A stretch of 64,000 bases of DNA from a bacterium (lineage in GTDB: Bacteria > Patescibacteriota > Doudnabacteria > UBA920): contig JAKAGU010000003.1 in the NCBI GenBank assembly GCA_021825655.1, forward strand, positions 12,014 through 76,013. The letters are read 5' to 3'. A program made the translations under genes and the position numbers. Below are positions 48,892 through 58,341 of this stretch, piece by piece; positions within the stretch are counted from its first letter, which is position 1; each line of letters starts with the position of its first letter. The notes beneath the pieces are model-generated. The model saw only the letters and a list, made by a program, of their open reading frames with translations. It searched no databases and was not told the DNA's origin.

Positions 48892-48965
48892 GGGGGCGTC
48901 GTATAATGGTAGTACAGCGGTCTCCAAAACCGCTTGCGTGGGTTCGATTCCTACCGCCCCTGCCA
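48892..48965 (+). tRNA. tRNA-Trp (anticodon CCA), CCA encoded
   Basis: Acceptor gggggcg/cgcccct (one G-U pair), anticodon stem gcggt/accgc with loop ctCCAaa, T arm gtggg-ttcgatt-cctac. Confidence 0.8.
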
Positions 48966-49061
48966 AAGAAACTTCTCTTTATTTTGAGGAGTTTTTTTGT
49001 AGGGCAATTTACTATTGAACAAAAAGAACTTATACTTGAAGAGAGGTGAACGATAAAATTT

Positions 49062-49460
49062 ATGAAGCAAGAACAAAAAGATAGCTGGCTAAGAAGAATG
49101 GGAAAGAAATATCAAATTCCCGCACAAACCCTAAACAAAATGCTAAAAAGAGACAGGCTTTGTGTGTATTGTCATAAAATAATGGTTTTGCCTAAAAAAG
49201 GAGCAAAACAACGAGACTGGATTACAATTGAACACATGGCTGATAGAGCATCTGGGAATAACGATAAAACGATTGCTCTCTGTTGTGGGAGGTGCAATTC
49301 AAGTCGCAGGATGAGTTTTGAAAAATGGTTTAAGACTCCGTACTGTATCAATAGGGGAATAAATAAAAAAAGTGTTGCCGAACCAGTTAAAGCCTACCTC
49401 AAAATGATTGCGCGTCTGAATCCGAAAGATCTCAAAAAATACATCATCAAAAACTACTAA
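49062..49460 (+). CDS. HNH endonuclease (free-standing), in an AT-rich islet next to tRNA-Trp
   Basis: CVYCHK ... IEHM ... NND ... CCGRCNSS (CxxC-H-N-CxxC HNH signature). Gene GC is about 33-37%. Confidence 0.6.
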   Translation: MKQEQKDSWLRRMGKKYQIPAQTLNKMLKRDRLCVYCHKIMVLPKKGAKQRDWITIEHMADRASGNNDKTIALCCGRCNSSRRMSFEKWFKTPYCINRGINKKSVAEPVKAYLKMIARLNPKDLKKYIIKNY

Positions 49461-49472
49461 ATTCTTTCAACG

Positions 49473-49733
49473 ATGGACGACAAAAAAAGTATAAAGTGGA
49501 CATTCGCCAAAACTTATGCCGAAACAGCTCCGCATGAGTACATCCTCGAGGAGAACTACCCTGACTTTTTTGCTGAAATGAAAGAAAAAATTGACAAGAA
49601 AGGCAAGGGGGAGCCTTTTACCCTGTTTGGTCGGACTACGATTTACCGTTATTTTTATACAGATACACATAGATACTGGGTAATTGAAGATGTGTTAAAC
49701 AGGGATAACAGATATAACCTAAAAAAGGTTTAA
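49473..49733 (+). CDS. hypothetical small protein downstream of the HNH gene
   Basis: 86 aa, no recognisable motif. Confidence 0.3.
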   Translation: MDDKKSIKWTFAKTYAETAPHEYILEENYPDFFAEMKEKIDKKGKGEPFTLFGRTTIYRYFYTDTHRYWVIEDVLNRDNRYNLKKV

Positions 49734-49817
49734 AAATCAAAGCCAACCATATTACCAAATTACCAATTTTAGCGATTTCGGTTCTAACATCGTTCCATAG
49801 GGACTACCACGACTTTT

Positions 49818-49845
49818 TAACCACCCGCAAGGGTGGTTTTTTATT
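49818..49845 (+). terminator. intrinsic terminator closing the HNH islet
   Basis: ccaccc gcaa gggtgg plus T6. Confidence 0.6.
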
Positions 49846-49855
49846 TCTGAATGTA

Positions 49856-50116
49856 GTGCTATACTCAAACCGTATGAAAATCCAAGTCTTGGGCTCCGGC
49901 TGTCCCACCTGTAAAAAACTTTTTGAAATTACCAAACAGGCGGCTAAAGAATTAAATATTCCGGAAGAGGTTGAATACATTACCGACATTCAGCAAATTT
50001 TGGATATGGGCCTAATGTCCAGCCCTGTTCTGGCAGTTAACGGCAAACCGGCCTTAGTCGGTTTCATACCGAAGGTGGAAGAAATAAAAAAAGCTATTCA
50101 AAAAAACATTTCCTAA
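49856..50116 (+). CDS. small thioredoxin-fold redox-active disulfide protein (CPTC motif; Thioredoxin_3/TM0983-like)
   Basis: MKIQVLGSGCPTCKKL ... VLAVNGK, 86 aa. Confidence 0.6.
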   Translation: MLYSNRMKIQVLGSGCPTCKKLFEITKQAAKELNIPEEVEYITDIQQILDMGLMSSPVLAVNGKPALVGFIPKVEEIKKAIQKNIS

Positions 50117-50118
50117 CC

Positions 50119-51087
50119 ATGAACCTGTTTTATCCGATCCAACTATTTGCCAACTGGATAGCCTTCGGAATTTTTAAATTAGCGCCCAAAAGCCTGGCAG
50201 GGGAGTCTGTAAGTTTTTTCATTTATGATGTTGCAAAAATCTTTATACTTTTAGCTGTAATTATTTTTATTGTTTCAATTATCCGCTCCTACCTGCCGCC
50301 GGAAAAAATCCGCCACATACTCGCCCGCAAAAACAGATTCGTCGGAAATATTTTAGCAAGCCTGCTGGGTATAATTACCCCGTTCTGTTCCTGCTCGGCC
50401 ATCCCTTTGTTCTTAGGTTTTGTCCAAGCTGGAGTGCCGCTTGGCACAACTTTTTCTTTTCTTGTCGCCTCACCCATGATTAACGAGGTGGCTCTGGTTT
50501 TACTTCTGGGTTTATTCGGCTGGAAAATTGCACTGCTTTACATTTTCAGCGGACTTATAATCTCCGTTCTTTCCGGCATTGTTATTGCCAAACTAAAAGT
50601 AGAGAGTCTTGTTGAGCCTTTTGTCTACCAAAGCCTGGCGAATGGCAGCGTGGAGCTGCCAAAAATGACCAAAAAAGAAAGGTTAACATATGCCAAAGAT
50701 TATACTTTGGATATCCTAAAAAAAGTCTGGCGGTATATTCTGGTTGGCATTGGCATTGGCGCCTGGATCCACGGCTATATACCCACGGACTTTTTGGTTA
50801 AATACGCGGGCAGCGGGAAATGGTACGGTGTCCCCTTGGCTGTGCTAATCGGCATTCCGCTCTATTCCAACGCTGCGGGCGTTATTCCGCTGGTTTCCGC
50901 TTTAACAGAGAAAGGCGTAAGCATGGGCACGACTTTAGCTTTTATGATGTCAATCACCGCCCTGTCCCTGCCGGAGTTTATGATTTTAAAAAAAGTTATG
51001 AAGACCAAGCTAATACTAATTTTTGCGGGCATTGTGGGTTCGGGCATAATACTTACCGGGTATATTTTTAACCTGCTTTTGGGTTAG
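50119..51087 (+). CDS. ArsP/DUF318-type permease with a membrane CxC motif
   Basis: 8 predicted TM segments, TPFCSCSAIPLFLGF motif, internal two-fold repeat. Confidence 0.6.
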   Translation: MNLFYPIQLFANWIAFGIFKLAPKSLAGESVSFFIYDVAKIFILLAVIIFIVSIIRSYLPPEKIRHILARKNRFVGNILASLLGIITPFCSCSAIPLFLGFVQAGVPLGTTFSFLVASPMINEVALVLLLGLFGWKIALLYIFSGLIISVLSGIVIAKLKVESLVEPFVYQSLANGSVELPKMTKKERLTYAKDYTLDILKKVWRYILVGIGIGAWIHGYIPTDFLVKYAGSGKWYGVPLAVLIGIPLYSNAAGVIPLVSALTEKGVSMGTTLAFMMSITALSLPEFMILKKVMKTKLILIFAGIVGSGIILTGYIFNLLLG

Positions 51088-51133
51088 GTTTGCCTGTGGT
51101 ATAATGGGATAGCTTATAAAATTAACAAAAAAT

Positions 51134-51463
51134 ATGGAAGATAACAAACATTGCGAAGAATGCTGCGGCCACTGCTGCGCCATGGGCCACATGCACGGCA
51201 TGGGCGGCAAATACCACATCTTAAGGTGGCTTTTGGGTCTTGCCATTATAATTATCGTGTTTTGGATGGGTTTTAAGCTCGGCGAGTTTAAAGGCTACTT
51301 TGCCAACTCCGACGGCTACTACGGCCGGGGCTTTGGCCACGGCATGATGTATTTCGGCACGGACAATACGGACTACTTTCCTGCCAGGCAATACCGAAAC
51401 CAGAACCTGGAATACCCGTCAATGATGTGGCAGCTGCCTTCCACCACTACCCCCGCAAAATAA
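51134..51463 (+). CDS. Cys/His/Met-rich putative metal-binding membrane protein
   Basis: N-terminus CEECCGHCCAMGHMHGMGG, one TM segment, Gly/Tyr-rich tail. Confidence 0.4.
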   Translation: MEDNKHCEECCGHCCAMGHMHGMGGKYHILRWLLGLAIIIIVFWMGFKLGEFKGYFANSDGYYGRGFGHGMMYFGTDNTDYFPARQYRNQNLEYPSMMWQLPSTTTPAK

Positions 51464-51561
51464 GCCTGCCCGATTAAAACCGCTGCCTTAATAAGGCGGC
51501 GGTTTTTTATAAACAACCCAAGAAGCTTTTATTTTAAGCCTGAATTTGATAAAATAAACTA

Positions 51562-53319
51562 ATGAGATCTCCCACGGCCCAGACCGTTACAATTTATTGG
51601 CAGCACACAAAAAAACATCCGTTGCTGATGTTTTTTACGCTTTTGGGCATTGCCTTGGCCAGCGGCCTGGAAATTCTTAAGCCCCTGCTCTATAAACAAT
51701 TTTTTGACTTGTTGCCCGGCGGAGCGCTGCAGGCTTCGGCTCTGGTTTGGGTGCTGATAAAAATACTTGCGCTTAGCCTGGCCTACTGGGCCCTGTGGCG
51801 GATTGGCACGTTCGGCGCGGCCGCTTTTCAGGCCAAAGTCATGCGCGACCTGCTCAACACCTGCTTTAATTATCTGCAGCGCCATTCCTACAATTTTTTC
51901 ACCAACAACTTCGCGGGCAGCCTGGTGCGCAAAGTCAACAAATACTCCCGGTCCTTTGAAATAATTACCGACCAGTTCTTTTGGGCCATTATCCCGACCT
52001 TTATCCGCATCACGGCCATTTGCACGATTATTATGTTCCGCTCCCGGCTCCTGGGCTTTGGCTTGATTATCTGGTCCGTGGGTTACATTGCCTTCAATTA
52101 CTGGTTTTCGCTTTACAAGCTGCATTACGATGTAAAACGGACGGAGATGGACACAGTAGCAACCGGCGTGCTGGCCGATGCCATATCCAACAACACCAAC
52201 ATTAAAATGTTCGCGGGCTACGAGTACGAAAACCGCAAATTCCGCGACACCGCCGCCAAGTGGTATAAAGCCACGCGCGTTTCCTGGGATTTGCACAATG
52301 TCAACGAGGCTCTGCAGAGTTTGCTTATGGTCGGCCTGGAATTTTTTGTTTTTTACTTTGCCGTCCAGCTTTGGAAAAAAGGCCTGCTGACCATTGGCGA
52401 CTTTGCCATGCTCCAGGCCTACCTGCTACAGCTGTTCAACCGGCTGTGGGATTTGGGCCGCAACATCCGGCGCATTTACGAAGGCTTTGCCGATGCCCAG
52501 GAGATGACCGAGATTCTTAATTCGCCGCACGAAATCCAGGACGCGCCAAACGCAAAAACCCTGGCGGTCAAACACGGCGAAATTGCTTTCCAGGGCATCA
52601 ATTTCGCTTACGGCAAAAACCAGGCGGATATTTTCCAAAACCTTGATTTAAAAATCAAGCCCGGAGAAAAAGTCGCCCTGGTCGGCCCGTCCGGCGGAGG
52701 CAAATCTACAATTGTAAAACTGCTGTCTCGGTTCCATGACCTGAGTTCGGGAAAAATACTGATTGACGGCCAGGATATTGCCGCCTGCACACAGGACTCG
52801 CTCCGGGATAACCTTTCCCTGGTGCCCCAGGAGCCCATCCTTTTCCACCGCACGCTGATGGAAAACATCCGTTACGGCAACCGCGCCGCCAGCGACGAAG
52901 CGGTTATCGCCGCGGCCAAGCTGGCCCACTGCCACGAATTTATTTCGCGCTTGCCGAAAACTTACGATACCTTTGTAGGCGAAAGGGGGATTAAGCTGTC
53001 CGGAGGCGAAAGGCAGCGCGTGGCCATCGCCCGCGCCATCCTGAAAAACGCACCTATCTTAATTCTAGACGAGGCGACTTCTTCTTTGGACAGCGAAAGC
53101 GAAATGCTCATCCAGGACGCGCTAAAAACCCTGATGCACAACCGGACCGCCATTGTGATTGCCCACCGCCTAAGCACCATCATGCAAATGGACCGGATTC
53201 TGGTCCTGGAAAACGGCAAAATTACGGAAGAGGGCCGGCACGAGGAATTACTAAAGATGAACGAGGGCACTTACCAAAAACTTTGGGAAATCCAGGCCGG
53301 CGGCTTTGCGGCCAGTTAA
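51562..53319 (+). CDS. ABC exporter, fused transmembrane and ATP-binding domains (MsbA-like)
   Basis: 6 TM segments, Walker A GPSGGGKST, signature LSGGERQRVAIARA, Walker B ILILDEATSSLD. Confidence 0.85.
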   Translation: MRSPTAQTVTIYWQHTKKHPLLMFFTLLGIALASGLEILKPLLYKQFFDLLPGGALQASALVWVLIKILALSLAYWALWRIGTFGAAAFQAKVMRDLLNTCFNYLQRHSYNFFTNNFAGSLVRKVNKYSRSFEIITDQFFWAIIPTFIRITAICTIIMFRSRLLGFGLIIWSVGYIAFNYWFSLYKLHYDVKRTEMDTVATGVLADAISNNTNIKMFAGYEYENRKFRDTAAKWYKATRVSWDLHNVNEALQSLLMVGLEFFVFYFAVQLWKKGLLTIGDFAMLQAYLLQLFNRLWDLGRNIRRIYEGFADAQEMTEILNSPHEIQDAPNAKTLAVKHGEIAFQGINFAYGKNQADIFQNLDLKIKPGEKVALVGPSGGGKSTIVKLLSRFHDLSSGKILIDGQDIAACTQDSLRDNLSLVPQEPILFHRTLMENIRYGNRAASDEAVIAAAKLAHCHEFISRLPKTYDTFVGERGIKLSGGERQRVAIARAILKNAPILILDEATSSLDSESEMLIQDALKTLMHNRTAIVIAHRLSTIMQMDRILVLENGKITEEGRHEELLKMNEGTYQKLWEIQAGGFAAS

Positions 53320-53364
53320 GGCAAAAACCTTTGTCCGGCACTCATGGCATAAAAAATAAGATTT

Positions 53365-53838
53365 ATGAAAAAAATCCTTTCCCTGCAAATTTTAGTTATT
53401 GCCGCGGGTACGGCCTTTGCCTGGAGCGCTGTCTTCGGGGATTTTTCCAGATTTTTCTCCGCAGGCGGGCAACTCACGCAATTTTCCGGCTGCCGCTTTC
53501 CTAATCCCTTGGCCACGCCCTGTTTTTACGGGGCCGCGGCCTTTGTCCTGGCCTTGGCGGGGGCAGTGCTTCTCTGGCAGAGGCAAAAGCGCTCTTGGCA
53601 AAAAAACCTTGTCTGGCTGCTTTTTTGCGGCAGCCTGTTTGCCTGGGGCGTGAACGCCTGGGAATTTTATAAATTCTTCCAGCCCCATACCGGGGCCTAT
53701 ATTGGCTGCAGCGGCTTGCCGGCCAAAAGCCCGTTCTACACGCCCTGCTTTACGGGGGCCTGTTTTTATTTAGCGGCTTTTCTTTTTTCGCTGTGGCTGC
53801 TAAAAAAATGGCCTGTTAACAGTAAACCTGCCCAATAA
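53365..53838 (+). CDS. 4-TM membrane protein with an internally duplicated Cys motif, hypothetical thiol-active protein
   Basis: Two repeats of G-C-x(9-12)-TPCF-x-GA (GCRFPNPLATPCFYGAA and GCSGLPAKSPFYTPCFTGAC), each followed by a TM helix. Confidence 0.35.
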   Translation: MKKILSLQILVIAAGTAFAWSAVFGDFSRFFSAGGQLTQFSGCRFPNPLATPCFYGAAAFVLALAGAVLLWQRQKRSWQKNLVWLLFCGSLFAWGVNAWEFYKFFQPHTGAYIGCSGLPAKSPFYTPCFTGACFYLAAFLFSLWLLKKWPVNSKPAQ

Positions 53839-53844
53839 CCCGAT

Positions 53845-54549
53845 ATGTCCGTAACAAAACCCGTAGCCGAACTTAGGCTCATGGCCAACCCGGCAAAAGC
53901 TAAAATCCTGCAAGGCTTTTTCAAAACCGGTAAAGGGGAATATGGGGCAGGCGATATCTTTTGGGGCATTCCCGTACCTAAAGAGAGGCAGCTGGTAAAA
54001 AAATATTGGCAAAAACTTTCGCTGAACGATTTAGACAAGCTACTCAGCTCAAAGGTACACGAACAGCGCCTCCTCGCCCTGCTGATCCAAGTTACGCAAT
54101 ACGAAAAAGGGGATACTGCCGCAAAAAATCGAATTTATAAACATTACCTGGCCCGTACGGCTTACATAAACAACTGGGATCTGGTGGATTTGAGCGCACC
54201 CAAGATTGTAGGCGAACATCTGCAAAATAAAAACCGGAAAATTTTATACACCCTGGCGCGTTCCAAAAACCTCTGGAAAAAAAGAATTGCCGTAATTTCG
54301 ACCTTCGCTTTTATTAAACAAGGCCAAGCCCGGGATACGCTGGCAATCGTCAAACTGCTTTTAACGGACAAACACGACTTAATCCACAAGGCCTGCGGCT
54401 GGATGCTCCGGGAAGTAGGCAAAAGGTGCAGTGAAATAACCCTACTGAAATTTTTGGACCAAAACCGTGGGCGCATGCCCCGGACCATGCTCAGATATGC
54501 CATAGAAAGATTGCCCAGACAAAAACAGCTTTCATATTTAAAACACTAA
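53845..54549 (+). CDS. DNA alkylation repair protein (AlkD/AlkC-like HEAT-repeat glycosylase family)
   Basis: AKILQGFFKTGKGEYGAGDIFWGIPVPKER ... IQVTQYE ... ISTFAFIKQG ... ACGWMLREVGK. Confidence 0.6.
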   Translation: MSVTKPVAELRLMANPAKAKILQGFFKTGKGEYGAGDIFWGIPVPKERQLVKKYWQKLSLNDLDKLLSSKVHEQRLLALLIQVTQYEKGDTAAKNRIYKHYLARTAYINNWDLVDLSAPKIVGEHLQNKNRKILYTLARSKNLWKKRIAVISTFAFIKQGQARDTLAIVKLLLTDKHDLIHKACGWMLREVGKRCSEITLLKFLDQNRGRMPRTMLRYAIERLPRQKQLSYLKH

Positions 54550-54552
54550 TAT

Positions 54553-55506
54553 ATGTTGCCAGAAGTTCCAAAACCCGGATTTGAACAGGAAATTAAAAAA
54601 CTGCTGCCTTCGGACGGGGATGTACCAAAAAACCTCGTGGTCAGCGACGTAAACAAGGATACCCATCGCTTGTTCTGGTCCAAATACAGCAGCAAAACCA
54701 AGCTTGCCTACCTGGTTATCAGTTTGGCGTGGGCCGGATTTTTTATGTACCTATTCTTTACCAGCCCAGCCCTGAACAACCCCAAGAATGATTCGGAGCA
54801 AATTTACATATTTTTGGCTTTGGTTCCTGCCTTTTTGGTTGCGGGCTTATACGCATCGTTTTACGCCAAAATAGAAAAGTTGTTTATGCAGCAATTTGCG
54901 GCAACCCACGGCCTTACCTACGTTGGCAAAGGTTCAGATGCGGACTTCACCGGTGGGCTTTTCGCAATTGGCCACGGCCATATTGTCAGCCACCTGATGA
55001 CCGGCACATTTCAGGAGCATCCCATCAGTTTATTTTTTTACCAGCACACCGTGGGCTCAGGCAAATCGTCCAAAACGTACCATACGACTGTTTTGAATAT
55101 TGCCCATGAACATACGCTGCCGCCCATCCTGCTGCTGGTGGATAACCAATACTTCGGCGGCTTTGACCCCAAGCTCTCTTTCAGCCAGCCGGTAAAGCTT
55201 AAGCCCGAATTGGAACTGGACAGCCAGTTCGACCTGTACTGCAAGGAACAGTATGAAATAGAAACCCTGCAAATTTTTAACCCGGATTTTATCGGCAAAA
55301 TGATGTCGAACTGGAAAAATTTCAACCTGGATTTTTCGGGCAATAATCTGGTGGTATTTAAATCGGGAAAAATCCTAAATGTGGAGGAGCTGGAAAACTT
55401 TTTCAGCTTGGCCAAGTACATGATGACAGGCATGGAAACCGTACTTAAGAATATCTCCGGCAGCGTTAAAGCCTTAAACGAACTTAACCCAAACAACATT
55501 AAATAG
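54553..55506 (+). CDS. hypothetical membrane protein (2 N-terminal TM segments plus soluble domain)
   Basis: No recognisable catalytic motif. Confidence 0.3.
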   Translation: MLPEVPKPGFEQEIKKLLPSDGDVPKNLVVSDVNKDTHRLFWSKYSSKTKLAYLVISLAWAGFFMYLFFTSPALNNPKNDSEQIYIFLALVPAFLVAGLYASFYAKIEKLFMQQFAATHGLTYVGKGSDADFTGGLFAIGHGHIVSHLMTGTFQEHPISLFFYQHTVGSGKSSKTYHTTVLNIAHEHTLPPILLLVDNQYFGGFDPKLSFSQPVKLKPELELDSQFDLYCKEQYEIETLQIFNPDFIGKMMSNWKNFNLDFSGNNLVVFKSGKILNVEELENFFSLAKYMMTGMETVLKNISGSVKALNELNPNNIK

Positions 55507-55513
55507 GAACTTT

Positions 55514-55834
55514 ATGAACAAAAAACTTGTTTGGCATGGCTTAGGCTATGCCGCTCTGGTGGCGCTATATGTTAGCCTGATAGGCTGGGCTCTGCCCCGG
55601 GTGGGCAAACGGCTAGTACCTGTAGAAAACTCCTTGGGGCCAGTCCTGTTTTTAATGCTCTTTTGCCTGTCCGCGGCAATTGTCGGTACGCTACTTTTTG
55701 GCCGTCCGGCTTATTTGGCCCTGTCGGGCAGGAAGTCGGAAGCTTTGTGGCAAACTGTTTTCAACATCGGCTGGCTGCTGGCACTGACTTTACTGGCTCT
55801 TGTCTCACTTGTCACTTTCATGCCCCGCCAATGA
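55514..55834 (+). CDS. small membrane protein (3 TM segments), hypothetical
   Basis: 106 aa, hydrophobic. Its stop overlaps the next start (ATGA). Confidence 0.3.
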   Translation: MNKKLVWHGLGYAALVALYVSLIGWALPRVGKRLVPVENSLGPVLFLMLFCLSAAIVGTLLFGRPAYLALSGRKSEALWQTVFNIGWLLALTLLALVSLVTFMPRQ

Positions 55835-56235
55835 TTCGCACCGCTTTTGCATTAATCACTAACGAACAAGGTGAGATCCTGCTAATCCAGGAAGGCTTCA
55901 AACCAGCTTATGGTACCTGGTGTCTGCCCGGCGGGCACGTGGATGCAGGAGAAAGCCAGGAAAACGCAACCAAAAGAGAGGTCAGGGAAGAGACCGGTGG
56001 ATTGGAAACAGAAATCCAACACTTGATTTTTACAAAAACAGTCAGCAACCAAGAGTACCAGGGCAGGCCTGAGGAGGACGGTCAAAAAATTGAAATTAAC
56101 ATTTTCCAGGCAAAAGCCGTGGCGGGCAACATTGACCCGGGCAAGCTGACCGAGGAGCTAGATGTTCGGTGGTTCCAGCCCAAGGCCGCTTCGGCCCTAC
56201 CTTTGCGCTGGGCCTGGCTGAAAGACCTGTTTTGA
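55831..56235 (+). CDS. NUDIX hydrolase
   Basis: Nudix box GGHVDAGESQENATKREVREETGGLE. The track N-terminal extension is rejected. Confidence 0.7.
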   Translation: MIRTAFALITNEQGEILLIQEGFKPAYGTWCLPGGHVDAGESQENATKREVREETGGLETEIQHLIFTKTVSNQEYQGRPEEDGQKIEINIFQAKAVAGNIDPGKLTEELDVRWFQPKAASALPLRWAWLKDLF

Positions 56236-56266
56236 CATTCAGTGAACAAACGTTTACCATAGAATT

Positions 56267-57400
56267 ATGGAGCCGTTAGCCAATAAAATCCGGCCGCAAT
56301 CCTTGCAGGACTTTGCGGGGCAAGAGCATCTGGCAGGGGAAGGCAAGCCTTTGCGCGTTGCCATCGAACAGAAGCATCTGTTCAGCTTTATTCTGTGGGG
56401 GCCACCGGGCGTGGGCAAAACCACGCTAGCGCGCATTTACGCGCACGCCGTCAACGCCGAATTTTTCGAGCTTTCCGCCGTATCCGCAGGCAAAGACGAC
56501 ATCCGCAAAATTGTAGACATCCCGCCGCTCTTGGGAAGGCCTAAAATTCTTTTTTTGGACGAAATCCACCGCTTTAACAAGGCTCAGCAGGATTTCCTGC
56601 TGCCTTACGTGGAAACCGGCAAGCTTTACCTGATTGGCGCCACCACGGAAAACCCCTCATTCGAGGTCATCCCGGCCCTGCTTTCGCGCTGCCGGGTTTT
56701 CACCTTAAGCGAACTGGGCGAACAGGAAATGCTAAAAATAATTGCCCAGACCAAAATAAAAATGGATAAGAAAGCCAAAGACTGGCTGGTCAAAATGGCG
56801 AACGGCGACGCGCGCCAGGCTATAACTATGCTGGAAAACACGCTCAAGCTCTACGACAGAATTACCCTCCAGAGCCTGAAGGACACCCTGCAATCCAGCA
56901 CCTTGCGGTACGACAAAGCAGGAGAAGAACACTACAATACCATTTCAGCTTTCATCAAATCCATGCGGGCCGGACAGGCCAATGCCGCCATCTACTATTT
57001 GGCGCGCATGGTCGAGGCAGGGGAGGATCCCAAGTTCATTGCCCGGCGCATGGTGATTTTCGCCAGCGAAGACATCGGCCTGGCCCAGCCTACGGCCCTG
57101 GTCGTGGCCAACGAGGTCTTCCGCGCCTGCGAAACCATTGGCTACCCGGAATGCTCCATTAACCTGGCGCACGGCGTAGCCTACTTGGCCGGTTCCAAAA
57201 AAAACCGCGCAGCCTACGACGCGCTGTATGCCGCCCTGGATGACGTAAAAAAATACGGCAACTTGCCCATCCCCTTGAAAATCCGCAACGCACCGACTAA
57301 ACTGATGAAAGATTTGGATTACGGCAAAGGTTACGAAAAATACGATACCCAGAGCTATTTGCCGGAAAAACTTAAAAATAAGAAATACTTAAAAATTTAA
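56267..57400 (+). CDS. rarA: replication-associated recombination protein A (AAA+ ATPase RarA/MgsA), short form
   Basis: Walker A LWGPPGVGKTTLA, ILFLDEIHRFNKAQQD, IGATTENPSFEV. Confidence 0.85.
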   Translation: MEPLANKIRPQSLQDFAGQEHLAGEGKPLRVAIEQKHLFSFILWGPPGVGKTTLARIYAHAVNAEFFELSAVSAGKDDIRKIVDIPPLLGRPKILFLDEIHRFNKAQQDFLLPYVETGKLYLIGATTENPSFEVIPALLSRCRVFTLSELGEQEMLKIIAQTKIKMDKKAKDWLVKMANGDARQAITMLENTLKLYDRITLQSLKDTLQSSTLRYDKAGEEHYNTISAFIKSMRAGQANAAIYYLARMVEAGEDPKFIARRMVIFASEDIGLAQPTALVVANEVFRACETIGYPECSINLAHGVAYLAGSKKNRAAYDALYAALDDVKKYGNLPIPLKIRNAPTKLMKDLDYGKGYEKYDTQSYLPEKLKNKKYLKI

Positions 57401-57417
57401 ATGCCTGCTGTCCAGCT

Positions 57418-58341
57418 ATGAATCTCTTTTCACTTCTCCTGATTATTTTAGGTCTTTGCCTGTTTGAAACCATTTCCTCTATCGACAATGCCATTATCAA
57501 CGCCGAGGTTTTGTCTACTATGGGCAAAAAATCCCGGCGCTGGTTTTTGGTTTGGGGCATGTTTTTTGCGGTGTTTGTGGTGCGCGGGCTCCTGCCTTGG
57601 CTGATTGTCTGGCTGGCCACGCCGAACTTGGGGCCCTGGCAGGCCGTCACCGCGGCTTTTTCTTCGGACCCCAGGGTGCTGGCGGCCGTACACGCTTCCG
57701 CTCCGCTGCTCTTAATGGCAGGCGGCGTCTTTTTGGTCTTCCTTTTTTTCCATTGGCTGTTTTTGGAGCCAAAAAATTACGGCCTGAAAGGCGAAAAGTT
57801 TTTCCATTCGCAGGGAGTGTGGTTTTACGCCGTAGTCTCCGTCCTGCTGTCCCTGATTGTCTGGCAGGCGTTAAAAATTAATCCTTACTTGGGCTTTGCG
57901 GCAGTTATCGGCTCCACGGCATTTTTTATTACCCATGGCTTTAAAGAAAACGCAGCCAAAAAAGAAGAAGATTTGCTGAAAGGCGGCAACCTTTCGGATA
58001 TCAGTAAAATTCTCTACCTGGAAGTTATTGATATGACCTTTTCTATCGACGGGGTTTTAGGCGCTTTTGCCTTTACCCTGTCCGTACCGTTAATTTTAAT
58101 CGGCAACTCGCTGGGCGCATTGGTGGTGAGGGAATTTACCGTCCACAACATTGAACGCATCAAAAAATACATTTTCATAAAAAACGGCGCCATGTATTCC
58201 ATTCTCTTTTTGGGTGTAATTATGCTTACAGACGCTTTTGGCCACGAAATTCCGTCCTGGGTTTCACCCCTCACAACTTTTGCAGTCGTAGGCTTCTTTT
58301 ACTGGAAATCCTTAAGGCACAACCAACCGGATGCGGCCTGA
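57418..58341 (+). CDS. TerC/YkoY-like integral membrane protein
   Basis: Duplicated ETISSIDNAIINA and EVIDMTFSIDGVLGAF motifs in TM helices. Confidence 0.45.
   Translation: MNLFSLLLIILGLCLFETISSIDNAIINAEVLSTMGKKSRRWFLVWGMFFAVFVVRGLLPWLIVWLATPNLGPWQAVTAAFSSDPRVLAAVHASAPLLLMAGGVFLVFLFFHWLFLEPKNYGLKGEKFFHSQGVWFYAVVSVLLSLIVWQALKINPYLGFAAVIGSTAFFITHGFKENAAKKEEDLLKGGNLSDISKILYLEVIDMTFSIDGVLGAFAFTLSVPLILIGNSLGALVVREFTVHNIERIKKYIFIKNGAMYSILFLGVIMLTDAFGHEIPSWVSPLTTFAVVGFFYWKSLRHNQPDAA

Noticed and set aside
48970-49830. Direct repeat of the tRNA-Trp 3' end marking an integrative element boundary.
   Set aside because: Only a weak resemblance was found (cctaccgc versus ctaccacg near 49805), insufficient to call att sites.
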